Shown here in pieces: positions 38,214-61,091 of a DNA stretch of 64,000 nucleotides. Under the pieces are notes generated by a model, which was given only the letters and a program-made list of their open reading frames with translations, did no database searches and was not told the origin of the DNA. Position numbers and translations under genes: made by a program. The DNA comes from Amoebidium appalachense (taxonomy: Eukaryota > Protista > Ichthyosporea): NCBI GenBank assembly GCA_963693365.1, contig CAVNZM010000010.1, forward strand, positions 9,134,554 through 9,198,553, written 5' to 3'. Every line of letters begins with the position of its first letter. Position 1 is the stretch's first letter.

Positions 38214-38321
38214 GTTTGTATGTGTGCTTGTGCATACTCGTGTGCGTACGCGCGTGTATGCATCACCTTGTGTCTGTGCCTGTGTGTGTGCACCCACGCG
38301 TGTGTGCGCATGGTTGTGTGT

Positions 38322-38352
<31 letters not shown>

Positions 38353-39162
38353 GGGGGGGGGAGGGGGCCCGGAGGGGTGGGGGGAGGGGGTGGAGGGTTT
38401 TGGTGGGTGGTGTGGGCGCTGTGTGTATGTGTGCGCGCGTGGCGCGCGTGTCTGTGCCCAAATGTATTTGTACGTGCATTTGTGTGCGGTGCGCGCGTGT
38501 ATGTGTTTGTATAACACTAAATGCGCGGACTGTGCCTGCGTGTATGTTCAGGAGCCCGTGCATGCATGTGTCTGTGTGTCTGTGCATGGGTGAGTTTGTT
38601 TGTGTGGGTGTGTGTGCATGTGCATGTGTGTGTACGAGTGCGTGGCACTGCATGCCTGTGGGCCGATTGGTCAAGATTGATCGTTACACACCTTACATTG
38701 GGTTTTGCCGTCATGCATCTGCTGCAGTATGGGTATCGGACTGAAAGGCAGCCTGTATTTGGTGCAACTTGGTCCTCTCCCCCCCCCCCCCCCCCCCCCC
38801 CCCCTCCCCCTTTGGTAACCCCCCCCCCCCCCCCCCCCTTCCCCCTCTTTATTATGTGTCTGCGGCAGTGACACCGAGACCCTCGTACACCTCTACTTGT
38901 ATGTGTGAAGGTTTTTTTTTTTTTTTTTGGGTGGGTGGGCGAGTGGGGGGGAGGGGGGGGAAGGGGGGAAAGGGGGGAAGGGGGGGAGTAGGCACGGGAG
39001 AAGGAAGCCAGGTGGTGAATGTGTTTGTGTCAAATTCAATGTGAAAGTATCATCGAGTCCTAATCATGGCCAGATGATATGCGCAATGCAATAAGTCTGC
39101 GCCAAATTTCGGTAACTTGAAGAAGTGTGCACATCATTTTGCATGTGTGTATCATAAATTTG

Positions 39163-39217
<55 letters not shown>

Positions 39218-39472
39218 CTAATAGCAATAGGCCCTGGTGCGGTGCTTGGGGAGGCCTCGAAGCCTAGGGGTGGAAGGGGGGGGGGGGGGGGGGAGGGGGG
39301 GGGGGGGGGGGGGGGCGGGGAAGGTGTGAAGCATTGTGCGCGATACAAATTTTTCTGTACTGTCACTACTAAGTAAGCAGAGCCATTTTGCAAACTATAG
39401 CGGCGGTCTCGGTGTCCAGAAGCATAAGACGTTTGACATACAAGGAGCGCCGGACAAGCACTAACTATGAGC

Positions 39473-40331
39473 CTAGAGAATGGAGGGCAGCTGCCTGTTT
39501 CGTGTGTGGTCCAGCACCATGGCGACCAGCTCCTTACTGACCACAATCTGCCCGTAGCCCTCCTCAGGCTGGCCAACCACATGCGCAAACGGGAACAGCT
39601 CGGGGTCCTTTGTGGCATACAGGTAGGGTGCCCACGTGGATAGCCGCACCAGCCCGAATATCTCCGGTTCCTTCACCCACTTGTAGTGGGTCACCTCGCC
39701 CGAGCTGTAGCCTGCGACCTTGAGCCGTGTGGCGTGGCTGCCGGGTAGTTCCAGACGCCCCTCTGTCTTCACAGGCGCAATACTGACGTGTGCCGTGCAG
39801 TGCCCCACGGCACCATCGACAGTGTGCACGTGCAGGGTCAGGGAAGACCCCACGGCTGTGGGCTGCAGCTGCATGGGCTGTTGCAGGCCCATGTAGTGCG
39901 TGCTGAACTTGTGCACGAACCACACGATCTCCTTCTCCAGCAGCCGTCGGCACCACCAGTCGTCCGGCTTGGCAATCATTGCCTCCAGAGAGCTACCGAG
40001 TTTGCGCGAGAGTTGGTCCTTGCTGCACCTGGATGAATCATGCCTTGTCTGCCACCAGTATGCCACATGCGTGGCAGCGGTCACACGAGGCTTGCTCCTG
40101 ATTAGGACGTATTATGAACTCTATGGGTGAAAGGAAGGCGGTGGCGGGGGCGTAGTAGAACCTGTTTTTCTTGACAACTGCAAGGACTCGCTCAAATTTG
40201 GAGCAGTGCAGCAGGAGGGTGACATTCCACTTGCGCACTCCTTTTTCTTGGCAGAGCTGGCAGTTGTGTGGGTCTCTGGGGCCATCCCCGGGCGTCTGCC
40301 ATGTGTTTCCAGGCTTGGGAGAAGTCGCCAT
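39473..40331 (-). pseudogene. Intronless Cys/His protein of unknown family, paralogue of 41450-42313, with one frameshift (~40045; real or sequencing error)
   Basis: ORFs 40038-40331 and 39473-40084 align consecutively to the + strand paralogue: HNCQLC..GVRKWNVTL, LSPIEF, DRCHACG, WWCRRLLEKE, MQLQPTA.GS, THYKWVK, VVSKELVAMVLD. Confidence 0.75.
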
Positions 40332-41449
40332 TCGTGTTTGTCTATGGCCTATGGGTCAGCACTCAGACTCAAAACCAACTAAATGCTTGGCCCGGAATTG
40401 CGACCATGGTGCTAGTTCAAGGGGTACAAGGTTGTCCGCCAGACAGCCAGGTTTTAAATGTTGGACCGGCACTGTAAGGCTTTGTATTCACACATTCATG
40501 CCCCTTGTGTTTTTGTTTGTTACAGGCATATCGATTCCTGTGGTGAGGGTTATCGGTTGGTTTATTGCTTGGCCAAGAACATCGATATCACCTTGAACGC
40601 CGACATCAGCTATAGAGGCGGCATTACTGGTTGCCAAGGTAATATTATCCGTTAAATAATTACAAGGGGGCACACGTACAAATATGTGAAACATCAATAA
40701 ACAGCTAAGAAGAATGTGAAGTTGTCAAAAACGAGGGCTTTATTGGCCATTTCCGAAACAAACGCAAGACTCTTAACAGAGAATCGCCAGCACCGGTGCT
40801 GCCTGGGACTGGGAGTTCTGCTTAGTTCTGCCTGGTTTGCCTGCAGCTGAGCGTGTGCGAAAATATTGGTGCAGCCTGAGCCAATCAACATAATTTTTGT
40901 TTGGCGTGATTACCATATTTAGGTTTTCACATCATCCACGCATGATTGGTCCATCTTGCTGCCAATCAGCACCAAGCACGTGAAATGTGCCCGTCAGTTC
41001 ACGGCAGCATGCGGCGAATGCTGGTGTTGCTGTAGTTGCTACACAGGCAACACGACGGAAGGACGAGAAACAGAGAAAAATGGCCTGTGTGCCATTCGAA
41101 AACTCTGCCTGGATATAGCCGCCAGCATAGACATTACTCCCCAGCACGGCGGCCAGTGCAGCGTGCCACCCATTTCACCCATGCATATGTGTGGGCCAAT
41201 GCCATCCAAGTTGAATTCCAAATGCCAATCACACTGGGCCCAAGCTAACTATACTTGGTGTAGTTGCTTTATTAACACACTCATACCCATATTCATAAAG
41301 TAGAGGCAATTACATTTATGTAGTGTGGTGTAAGATCTTAACCCATTAATATTGTTTGCATCACACTATTATTGATATTCCTAGTACATACGTAAAACAA
41401 GACTGAGTGACCGGACCGGCACCTTTTGACCACACTTCCCCCATTGATT

Positions 41450-42313
41450 ATGGAGGGCAACGAATGGGCTGGCAAACAAGATGAGTTAAATGGGCTCCCT
41501 AAGGCCACACACAACTGTATTAGCTGCCAGAAGCACGGAGTTCGTGCCTGGCACGTAACTCTAGTTGTCTACAGCGCTAGCGCCGCGAGGTGCCTGTCCT
41601 TGATCAACAGGAAAGACCGGTCAACGAACGAACTGTCGCCCATCACGTATGAAATGCAGACCGGCACGGAGCAGTGGAGCCATGAGCGCTGCTTGCTGTG
41701 CGGCATGTCTCCGTCAAGCCCCAACCACTCTCCTTACTGTTGTGAAAAAGTGCTCGAAGAAAAACTGGAATACTCCCAAGATGGATGGGCACGGGTCTCG
41801 ATGGTGGGCAAGAGCGAAGAATGGTGGTGCCACCGGCTTCTGGAAAAGGAAGTGCAGGACTTCGTCACAACAAAACTTGGCAACGCAATGGGCCTGATGG
41901 GTGCAATGCAGCTGCAACCCACAGCGCCGGGCTCGGCTGTGACCGTCCAGATACAGAAGACAAACGGTCCCGTCGGACACCTGATAGCGCATGTAGATGT
42001 TATGCACCACCAGACAGACGTCGGCTCATACCCCCCAGGAGGGCTCGGTGCCACGCCCCTTAAACCAACCATTCCCAACGAAACCGGAGATTTTACCCAC
42101 TACAAATGGGTAAAGCGGGGTGAAATCCTTCAACTTCTGGAGCAACTCCCCAAAGACGATGTGCCCCTCCTTTACATGTCCTTTGATCCTGCGCTCCGCC
42201 CCCTCTCCCATGCAGTCGGCCAGGATGGTGTAGCCAGCGTGGTAGTTAGCAGGGAGCTCGTGGCTATGGTAGTCGACTACTCCAGAAACCAGCAGGTTTA
42301 TGAGTGGATCTAA
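41450..42313 (+). CDS. Intronless ~287-aa protein of unknown family with HNCxxC and a CCHC knuckle-like motif
   Basis: Clean, complex ORF whose blocks are conserved with the divergent paralogue (HNCISC..GVRAWHVTL, ERCLLCG...H....C, WWCHRLLEKE, MQLQPTAPGS, THYKWVK, VVSRELVAMVVD). Confidence 0.85.
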   Translation: MEGNEWAGKQDELNGLPKATHNCISCQKHGVRAWHVTLVVYSASAARCLSLINRKDRSTNELSPITYEMQTGTEQWSHERCLLCGMSPSSPNHSPYCCEKVLEEKLEYSQDGWARVSMVGKSEEWWCHRLLEKEVQDFVTTKLGNAMGLMGAMQLQPTAPGSAVTVQIQKTNGPVGHLIAHVDVMHHQTDVGSYPPGGLGATPLKPTIPNETGDFTHYKWVKRGEILQLLEQLPKDDVPLLYMSFDPALRPLSHAVGQDGVASVVVSRELVAMVVDYSRNQQVYEWI

Positions 42314-42833
42314 ACCGCTCGGCTTGCAGCATAACCACCCCCTGAAACCAATATCATCCGCCATATGATAGTTATAGTGTGATGATTTGTAGACAAATAA
42401 AATACCGCGTCGTATGGCTGAATTGATCCGGATCCTAGACACACAGTTATGTACATACTCCCACTGCCCGTTGTGCCAAAGTTCTGACTGTGCTCTTGTT
42501 TTAACTCTAACCTCTCCGGGCCGGTACAAAATAAATTCCGACGATACAACGCTTTATAATTAGCAAAAATTGCTGCCATAAGTAAACTTATTAGCTGCAC
42601 GGTGAAGCTTAACACTTGGCGAATGCTTTTATGGTTACGTCTGTTGTCCGCCCACGTCAATATTCGCTCCTCGGATTCATCATCTCCCTAGCCTGTATGA
42701 AGGAAAATCTCGCTCTAGTGTTGCTGCGTTATGTAAATGCTGACAGACTGTGTTACAGTATCCCCCTCCCCTCCTCCTCCCCCCCCCCCCCCCTCCCCTC
42801 CCCCCTCTTCCCTCCCTCCCCCCTCCCCCCCCT

Positions 42834-42865
<32 letters not shown>

Positions 42866-42935
42866 CCCCACCCACCCTTTCCTTTCCCAACCACCACCAC
42901 ACACACACACGCAGACACACACCCAGGCACGCACA

Positions 42936-42985
<50 letters not shown>

Positions 42986-43104
42986 CTCTCTCTCTCTCTC
43001 ACACACTCACACTCACACTCACACTCACATGCACACACACACGCGCGCGCGTATGCCTGCACGTACGCACACACACACACACACACGGACGCCCCGTGCA
43101 CACA

Positions 43105-43164
<60 letters not shown>

Positions 43165-43980
43165 CACACACACGCACACACATACACACACACACACACG
43201 TACACACGTACACACATACACAGTGCACACACACACACACAGGATGTACACACGCACACACACCGTAATGATGGCCCAAATACTCACAACATTCAGACTA
43301 TTTGCCACTGAGTGTGCACTGCACAAACCTGCGCCGGGTCCGTAGTAGAGCAAGATCTCGAACACACACATATATAGATAAGCCTAAGCCATTCCGTATT
43401 CAAAGACGGCGCACTTTTGTGCTACCCTATCTCCCCCCCCCCTCCCCCCCCCCCCCCCCCCCCCCCCCGGGCACCCGGCCGGTCCCCCCATCCCACCCAA
43501 CCCCGAAGGCACACACGCACTGGTCTAAATACAACCGGCTGCCCAGCCAACTTCCAGCGCTTCCCCGCCTTTCCTGTTTCTCTGCGTAGGTAAAAGGAGG
43601 AAAAAAATACCGGCACAAACCAACGATCATCTACCTGGGCATTTGAAAAGGACCCCGAGGTGGGCATATTTCCTTGGTCGTGGGCATGGCTGAAAAGGTG
43701 ATGGCCATGTCCACATCGTGGATGACCATGGCCAGGAAATGGTGGCCATGACCACACTGTGGGTGACCATGGCCAGGAAATGGTGGCAATGGTGGCCATG
43801 ACCATGACCACCTCATGGGTGTAGCCTGTCTGTGGTTAGAACATTTTTGCTCCAGACACGCTGTTTGCTGCTGAGCGCACCAGAATGGGAGCAGACAGGC
43901 AGACACACGAGCGCTACGCATACCGCACGCATCATCGGGCCCCACCCTCCCCATTTGAGTGACAGCTTGGGCAACCGCGA

Positions 43981-44010
43981 TGACGTCATCAGGTGCGGGG
44001 CGAACCAATC
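43981..44010 (+). promoter_or_regulatory. CRE (TGACGTCA) plus CCAAT box upstream of the HslU-like gene
   Basis: TGACGTCA at 43981-43988 and CCAATC at 44005-44010, ~400 bp upstream of ATG 44394. Confidence 0.4.
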
Positions 44011-44393
44011 GCTATAGCAATGGAGCCAACGTTGTTTGCGCAAACACGGGCCCAGCAGCCTGACAGCCTCTGCCCGCTAGGAATAGTGTTATATTTTCCA
44101 TATGGTGAGTGCGCGGGATACAGGAGCTTACTACCAAAACCTTACATCTGCACTCCAGATCTTACCTTGGTATCCCTGCTGTCGGGTTGCCCAACACAGA
44201 GTAGCAGCTCTCAGCACCACACGCACACGTATGAGCCATTGTCTCTGCCGCACCTCACCCCCTTCTCCTTCCCCGTGGTTCTGACGCACCGGTGGGGCCT
44301 TAGGTCTGCGCCTGTGGGCTGCTAGCTGGTGCTCGTGCCTGCCCAGCACGCACCAGGCCACCTTCTGCCTGTGCCTGCAGACCCACACCCCCT

Positions 44394-53493
<9,100 letters not shown>

Positions 53494-53803
53494 GGGGTGT
53501 GCTGATGATGGAAGAGGAGGCCAAATGTATTGGCAGTCATGAATGGCAAAGCAAAGCAATTAGTTACTTATTTTGGCCGTGCGCATGCATACGGGGAGAC
53601 ATCTTGTATGTACATAAAATGCACGTGGGCACACACCGATACGCGTGACGACAATCTATTTTATTGATGCAATCGGGAAGGCCGGCTGGGCTGCATGCTA
53701 TTAATAGACCCTCCATAGGGCCGTGGGCTAAAAATAGATAAGCTCATGGGCCCGAGCAGTGACCCCTCTGTGTGCATTGTCTGAACGTACATGCAACTAG
53801 CAC

Positions 53804-54070
53804 TACACTAGAGAGGATGGCCATGCCACCACCAATACACTAGAGAGGATGGCCATGCCACCACCAATACACTAGAGAGGATGGCCATGCACCATCGATA
53901 TGTACAATAAAGAGGATGGCTGCCATACACGCCACAGCAATACATCAAAAACCTGCCACCTCCAATACACCAAAGAGGATGGCAGTGCACGCCATAGTCA
54001 AGACACCAAAGAGAATGGCAGTGCACGCCATAGCCAAGACACCAAAGAGGATGGCAGTGAACGCCACGGC
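53804..54070. repeat. 32-36-bp degenerate tandem repeat between convergent genes
   Basis: TACACTAGAGAGGATGGCCATGCCACCACCAA about three times, grading into ACACCAAAGAGGATGGCAGTGCACGCCATAG variants. Confidence 0.75.
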
Positions 54071-54389
54071 TAACATGCTAACGAGGATGAAAGGGCATGT
54101 GTTTGAATCTTGTGGGTATATTGTTTTGGTATGTGCCTGTCGAACAGGACTACCATGACGTCACCATGGTCCAACTACACTACCTGTGTGGTTTCTATAT
54201 ATATATGGGGCCACATGACCAACCGTGTGCCTGCCTCACTCAGTTTGTAGACATTGATTCTTGCATAATTCACCCGGCCCATTCCTGTTTCCCTCTGCAC
54301 GTCAACCTGTCCCTTCATGTTTGTATGTCACCCAGCCCATTCATGCATACGTCACTGGGTCCAGCCATGCTTACGTCACCTTACCATTC

Positions 54390-55031
54390 CTATTGGTCTG
54401 TCGGCACCAGAGCATCTGCAGCCACAGCCAGGCCCTCAGCAAACCCCAATATGGCTGTGTCCGTAGGAGTGTGGTCGTCATTGGTGCCCTGTGTGTGCCG
54501 GTGAGTGCCTATCATATGCTGTGCTAGGTAGTGCCTGGGACACAGTAGGGCATAAAAGGTGTCTGCTGTGGCTGTGTGCATGCACATTAGATGTGTCCGC
54601 ACGTGTGTGCATGTGGGGACATGTCTATATGTGTAACTGTGTGTGCGCATGCATGGTTGGGCACACATGCCGGGCACGTGTGATTTGGCAAAACACGAGT
54701 CACTTCATGTTTGCCAGATACCAGGATCCTCCACTGAGTCAACCCAATTCTCTTACAAAGCAAATGATTCTGGGGAGTACAGTGGCGAAGGGGGTGGGGT
54801 GGGGTGGGGTGGAGGAGAGGGAGGGGGGGGGGGGGGGAGGGGGGGGGGGGGAGGGGGGGGGGAGGGGGGGGGGGGGGGGGAGAGGGAGGTAGGGCGATAC
54901 CTTGTCCGCAGGACTAGACGGCACAGACCTCAGGTGACTTCGCTTCTCTGAAAGTTGCCGGGCAAACACTGTGTGTGTGTGTGTGTGTGTGTGTGTGAGT
55001 GAGTGTCGTGTCAGGTGGCGCCTTATGGTGT

Positions 55032-55062
<31 letters not shown>

Positions 55063-55075
55063 CGTGCGCGCGCAC

Positions 55076-55108
<33 letters not shown>

Positions 55109-55489
55109 CACGTGGACACGGGAATGTGTGGGCATGTGTATGCACGGCATAGCGCTACATCGATGCATCCGACTGCCAAACACTCTATAGGCCCGGGTAG
55201 TATCCACACACCACACCGTCCCACTGCACATGTTTGGCCGTGTCCTTGCACGCCACCCACAGCACTGTGTGGGCTAGTGGGAGTCTAGTGGCTTGCTATA
55301 TGCGTATGCCTGTTTGGGGGGAATGGGAGGCGGGTAGGAACCAACAAGCATATAAGAGGATAGGGGCGCGTACCGGCCATCTCGGCATCCTCCCTGCGCA
55401 GTTCTCGAATCTTCTCCCGCCACTGGTCCATCTGCACACCCGTCAGCACCATCCCACACACCGTGCACGTGCACAGGAACACGTGGTGT

Positions 55490-55567
<78 letters not shown>

Positions 55568-56464
55568 ATTAAGGAGGTGAAGAACGGCCGCACTGCCACA
55601 CGATGCGCAATTAAGGGGTGGAAAAAGCAGTTAATGCAGCCACACACTGTCAGGCACACACGGAGGGATCGAGAGAGTAAAGATGGGGTCTCAGCACGCA
55701 CCTCCGCAACCCTGCTTGCCCTCAGCTCGGGGTCTCGACTGCCCACGTGCTCCACCTCCAGCAGCAGCGCCTGCCATATATGGGCATGTCAGGCCACGTG
55801 GACATCATGTGTGGTCATGGTCAGGTATTGAAAATACCAAATATGGGCATGTCAGGCCACGTGAATGCCATATATGTGCATGGTAGGGCATTGGGAATAC
55901 CAAATATACGCAGGGTCAGGTATTGGCAATGCCAAATATGGGCACAGTTCTTCTAGAATGGCAGCCACTGACCGTGAATGTTTTCTCCCTCTCAGCCAGG
56001 TCCTCCTTGGGGTAGCGCGGTCGAACACGCGGTATCTGGCTCTGCATTGCACACAGGTCAGGGCTTTTGTTGTTGGGGGGGGTGGAGGGAGGCAAGAGAG
56101 AGGTGATGAGGGGAAACAGAAAAAAGCAAAAGAGATACCTGAGAGGGGAGGAAGGGAGGCAGAGAGTGCCCGGAGGGCAAGCACAGAGACATATATTGAA
56201 GGCGGGAAAAAGGGAAAGAGAGAGTTCAGAACGGAAGGAAAGAGGCAAGGTGAGTCCAAGGAAGAAAGGGAGACACAAAGAGGCTCAGGAAGGGAGGCAA
56301 AGAGAAAGACCTTAAAATGGGAAGCAAGGAAAAGGAGAGAGCGCAGACGGGGAGAGAATGGGAGGGGCAATACCTGGACGGACACGACTCTGGAGAGGTG
56401 GGCAAACACCTGCACACAGTCCTCCTTGGTTTCTTGTGTCTCCCGCTGCCGCAGCAGTTCAGAC

Positions 56465-56548
<84 letters not shown>

Positions 56549-59316
56549 TGAGCACCCGAATTCACAAGAGTGCATGTAGAAGGCGGATGCAGGCAGTGAG
56601 CGCACCCGTGCAGGCAGTGAGCGCACCCATGCAGCAGTGAGTACCTTGTAGAAGTCCTCCTCCTGTATGGCATTGGACACCTCCGCCTTCCACACCATCC
56701 GCATGACGTCTGCACCCCAACCTCATCTCTCAGCCACCCTCCCTTTCCCCATGCCCCATCAACACAACATCAACACCTCAGCCATCAGGCCTCAGCCCAC
56801 ACTTCGTTCCATCAATGCAGACACACGCTGGGCATCTCTCCGTCACTATTTGTCCACCCCCCCCTCCGCCTCCCTCCTCCTCTCTGATATTGCTTTCATT
56901 ACACAATAACAACCGAGCAGGGGGGGTGGGGGGTGTACACGGACCTTCCATGGCTTCGAAGCGCTGCTGTAGCTCGTTGCCTCGCAACCGGCACTCCTCC
57001 AATAGCTGTGTGCCTGGATTACAAGATTAGTCTCATATGGTGCCCTTATTCTCTAGAATGTGGCTGTGTGTACATGCATGTGCAGTACGTGCAGCATGTA
57101 TGTGTATGTGTGTGCGCCTATCTATGTGCACATGGACGAACCGTGCAGCACGCACTGTGTGCATACACGCGCACATAGTGTGCCGCATGTGATTATTTGT
57201 GCATGCACACGCACGTACCGTGTCGCACGTGTGTGTGCATATACGTGCTCGTACCATGTCACACGTGTGTGTGCATATACATGCTCGTGCCATGTCACAC
57301 GTGTGTGTGCATATACATGCTCGTACCATGTCACACGTGTGTGTGCATACACGTGCCCGTACCGTGCTGCATGGCCTGACCCAGTGGCTGTGTGCGAATG
57401 ACCAGTGTCTCTCTAGCTGCCTCAGCTATTAATAGCCCCAGCCTGTCTAGTCTGGCCTCCAGGGCCCTTCGTGTGCTCTGGTAGTCGGCTTGCTGTGGCC
57501 GAGCCAGTCAGCACGTGCTCACCAAACTGCAACCAAGACACAAACACACCCCAAATGCCCCCATGGCCCATCAAACCATCAAACAAAAGGATTCAACACG
57601 ACCCCTCCCCCCCGCCCCCCCTCCCCCCCAGGGCAGTAAGCCCAACCTCAACCCAACCCTCTCTTCACCCCAATGAAAAAGCCTCTCACCTCCTCGTCCC
57701 CCTTGGCATCCCTTGAACCCCCCCCCCCCCCCCCTCTCTCCCCCTCTGGTAACTCCCCCCCCCCCCCCCCCACCAGACCCACCACAACACCTTGCCCATC
57801 CCACCCCCTTTTCTACTCACCACTCACCGAGCCCCCTCCATCTTCCCCCCCTCCCCGCCCCCTCCCCCGCACCCACCCACCCACACACCATAGACTGCAT
57901 GGCCAGTCTCTTGTGGCTGATGTCGCTGACGTGGCTGCTGTGTTCCCTACACACCTCCATGATGCCTTCTATGGCCGCAATAAATAGACCCTCTGCAGGT
58001 AGCATGGTCAAAGGTGGGCACGTGGTTGTGTCTTGTGCTGGTGATGGGTGAGATCTTATGTGCATGATGGGTATTGGTGGTGGTGGTGGGCGCATGGGGT
58101 AGTGGCAAATAAATGAGGGCATAGCAGTAGATACAGGTGGGAGAGTGTCGTGTGGATGGATATGCATTGGGATAGCGCCATGTGGCTACATGGTGGGGCA
58201 GTGTTGTGCGGATCGAGATTAAGCTAGTAATGTGTAGATATGTCAAGAAAGTATTGTGTGGATACATGACAAGAGTGTTTGTGGATATATAACGAGAGTG
58301 TTGAGTGAATACACAATCAAAGAGCATAGTGTGGTGTGATATATACTGGGATAGTGTTGTGTGGATCAACCATGAATAGCTCATGCGAATATAAAGGTGC
58401 TGTGTTGTGATGCAACAGGACAGTGTTGTGTGAACCCCAAAATGGGATGTTGTTGTTTGGATTTGCGTAGGGATACTGTTGCGTGGATATCATACTCTGT
58501 TGATACACAGTGGGATAGTAGTGTGGATATACAGCAGCATGGTGGTGTGGATATACACTGGCATGGTAGTGTGTGGGTATGCATAGGAATACTGTTTTGG
58601 GGATAACGAATGGAATATGATGCCGTGTGGATATACAGTGAGATAGTAAGGTGTGAATATACAGTGAGATATTAGGGTGGGGATATACAGTGAGATATTA
58701 GGGTGTGAATATACAGTAAGATATTAGGGTGTGTATATACAGTGAGATATTAGGGTGTGAATATACAGTAAGATATTAGGGTGTGGATATACAGTGAGAT
58801 ATTAGGGTGTGAATATACACTGAGATATTAGGGTGTGGATATACAGTGAGATATTAGGGTGTGAATATACAGTGAGATATTAGGGTGTGAATATACAGTG
58901 AGATATTAGGGTGTGGATATACGGTGAGATAGTAGTGTGTGGATATACAGTAGCAAGATAGTGTGTGGATATACAGTAGCATAGTAGTGTGTGGATATAC
59001 AGTAGCAAGGTAGTGTGTAGATATACAGTAGCATAGTAGTGTGTGGATATACAGTAGCATAGTAGTGTGCAGATATACGGTGTGATAGTAGTGTGTGGAT
59101 ATACAAGGGCAGTGGGGCCACGTACGCAACTCCATCAGCACGTCCTGTGCCGTCACCCTCAAGCCCTCCCACTCGTACCGCACAGACCGCACCTCAGCAA
59201 GCAGCAGCGCCGCATGCTGCCGCCGCCCAGCAGACGAGAGTTGGCGCTGCAGACTGCATATGTGGTGAGTGTGTGTGCACACACACTGACACCGACACCT
59301 CAACCTCACCTACACG

Positions 59317-59394
<78 letters not shown>

Positions 59395-59510
59395 GACAGG
59401 CATGTGCGTGCACACACACACGCACGGGCCCACGCACACGCACGCGCGCGCGCGCACACGCTCGTACACACACACACACAACCCCATATAAACTCACCCT
59501 CCCTCCCCAG

Positions 59511-59541
<31 letters not shown>

Positions 59542-60048
59542 TTTCTCTCTCCCACACACACCCAAAGCAAAACCCACAAACACACATAGACACCCACACT
59601 CACACACACACACACACTAAACACAAATTACACGAACCTTTTTTTCGTCTCCCTCCCCCCCCCCCCCCCCCCCACCCACCCACCACCACCCCCTCCCCCC
59701 ACCCCTTCCCCAATCCCTTCGTCTCCCCCCTCCCTCCCTGCCCCCCCCCCCTCCCCCCCCCCCCCCCCCCCCCCCCCCCACCTTGTTGCCGACACAGACT
59801 GTATGCTGCGTCTCCTCTCTGCAGGGGCCTCCGACAGGGTGTCCAACAGGTCATCCCCCTGGACTGATCCCCCTAGGTCCTGCACCGCCTCATCCACTCG
59901 GTCTGCCCATAGCCAATCAGCACCCCTGCCCAACCATACGGCCCTAACACGTGCCCTGCACCACAGCAGGAGCGCACAACAGTAGGAAAACACCACAGGC
60001 ACACACAACATGCACACACAACAGGTACACACACACACACACACACAG

Positions 60049-60079
<31 letters not shown>

Positions 60080-60671
60080 CACACACACAGGGGCCGCATG
60101 CCTGTGATTGCCACCAGGCGGGACTGGATCTGTGTGTTGGTGAGTTTTGACGACCCTGCAGGGTGCAGCAGCAGCAGAGAGTTCTCCCCAACCTCCTGGG
60201 GGGATCAGAGAGGGTGTGGGTGTGGGCACGTGCGCGCTGCAGCACACATGCATCGGACCTACGTGCACGTGCATGCATGCATCGGTGTGTGCGTAAGAGT
60301 GAATGTGCCTGCACGTGTCTGCTGCAGGCAGTGTGGCAGGTAGCTTTGTGCTGGATTATGTATTGTGTGCTGCAGGTAGCCGTGTGCTAAAATACATGCG
60401 CGGGCATGTGCATGCAGCACAACCATCATCTTCTGCTCTACCCAAGAAGAAAAGAGGGCCACAACCCATAAGCAGGCCATATGGTGCCATCACTTCCAGC
60501 CGCTGCCAAACAACATGCAGCCAAAACAAAAATATATCCCCACCGGCCCCCGGCCCTTCCCCCCCCTCCCTCCCCACCCGCCACCCTCCTGGGCCTCCCC
60601 TCCCCCTCCAACCCTCCCCCTTTCAACCCCTCCCCCTCCCCTCAACCACCGGTGAGAGGGGAGGAGGGAGT

Positions 60672-60720
<49 letters not shown>

Positions 60721-61040
60721 GAGGGGAGGGAAGGGGGGAAGGAAGTGGAGGCGGGGGAAGCTGCAAGACAGAATGAGGGAAAGAGAGCAGGGAAAAGAGG
60801 GAGCGAGAGCAAGCGAAGCGGAGGGGGTGGGGGTGTGAAGGGGAGACGGACGGATAACGACAGGGTTGGAGGAAGGGTGGGTCGGGAGAGAGGCAGAGAA
60901 AGAGGTTGGGGTTTGTGTGTGTGTGTGCGGGCGCAAGCGAGGGCGTGCTTGTGTAAATATGTTTGTGTGTGTGCGGAAAAATTATGTGTGCGTGTGTGTG
61001 CGTGCGGGCGCGCGTGCGTGTGCGTGTGTGTATGTATATC

Positions 61041-61091
<51 letters not shown>

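Noticed and set aside
44020-44104. Upstream ATG exon (MEPTLFAQ...) as the true hslU start
   Set aside because: Neither candidate acceptor (44303, 44380) puts it in frame with the 44394 ORF, which itself begins with a presequence-like segment; more likely 5' UTR or a uORF.
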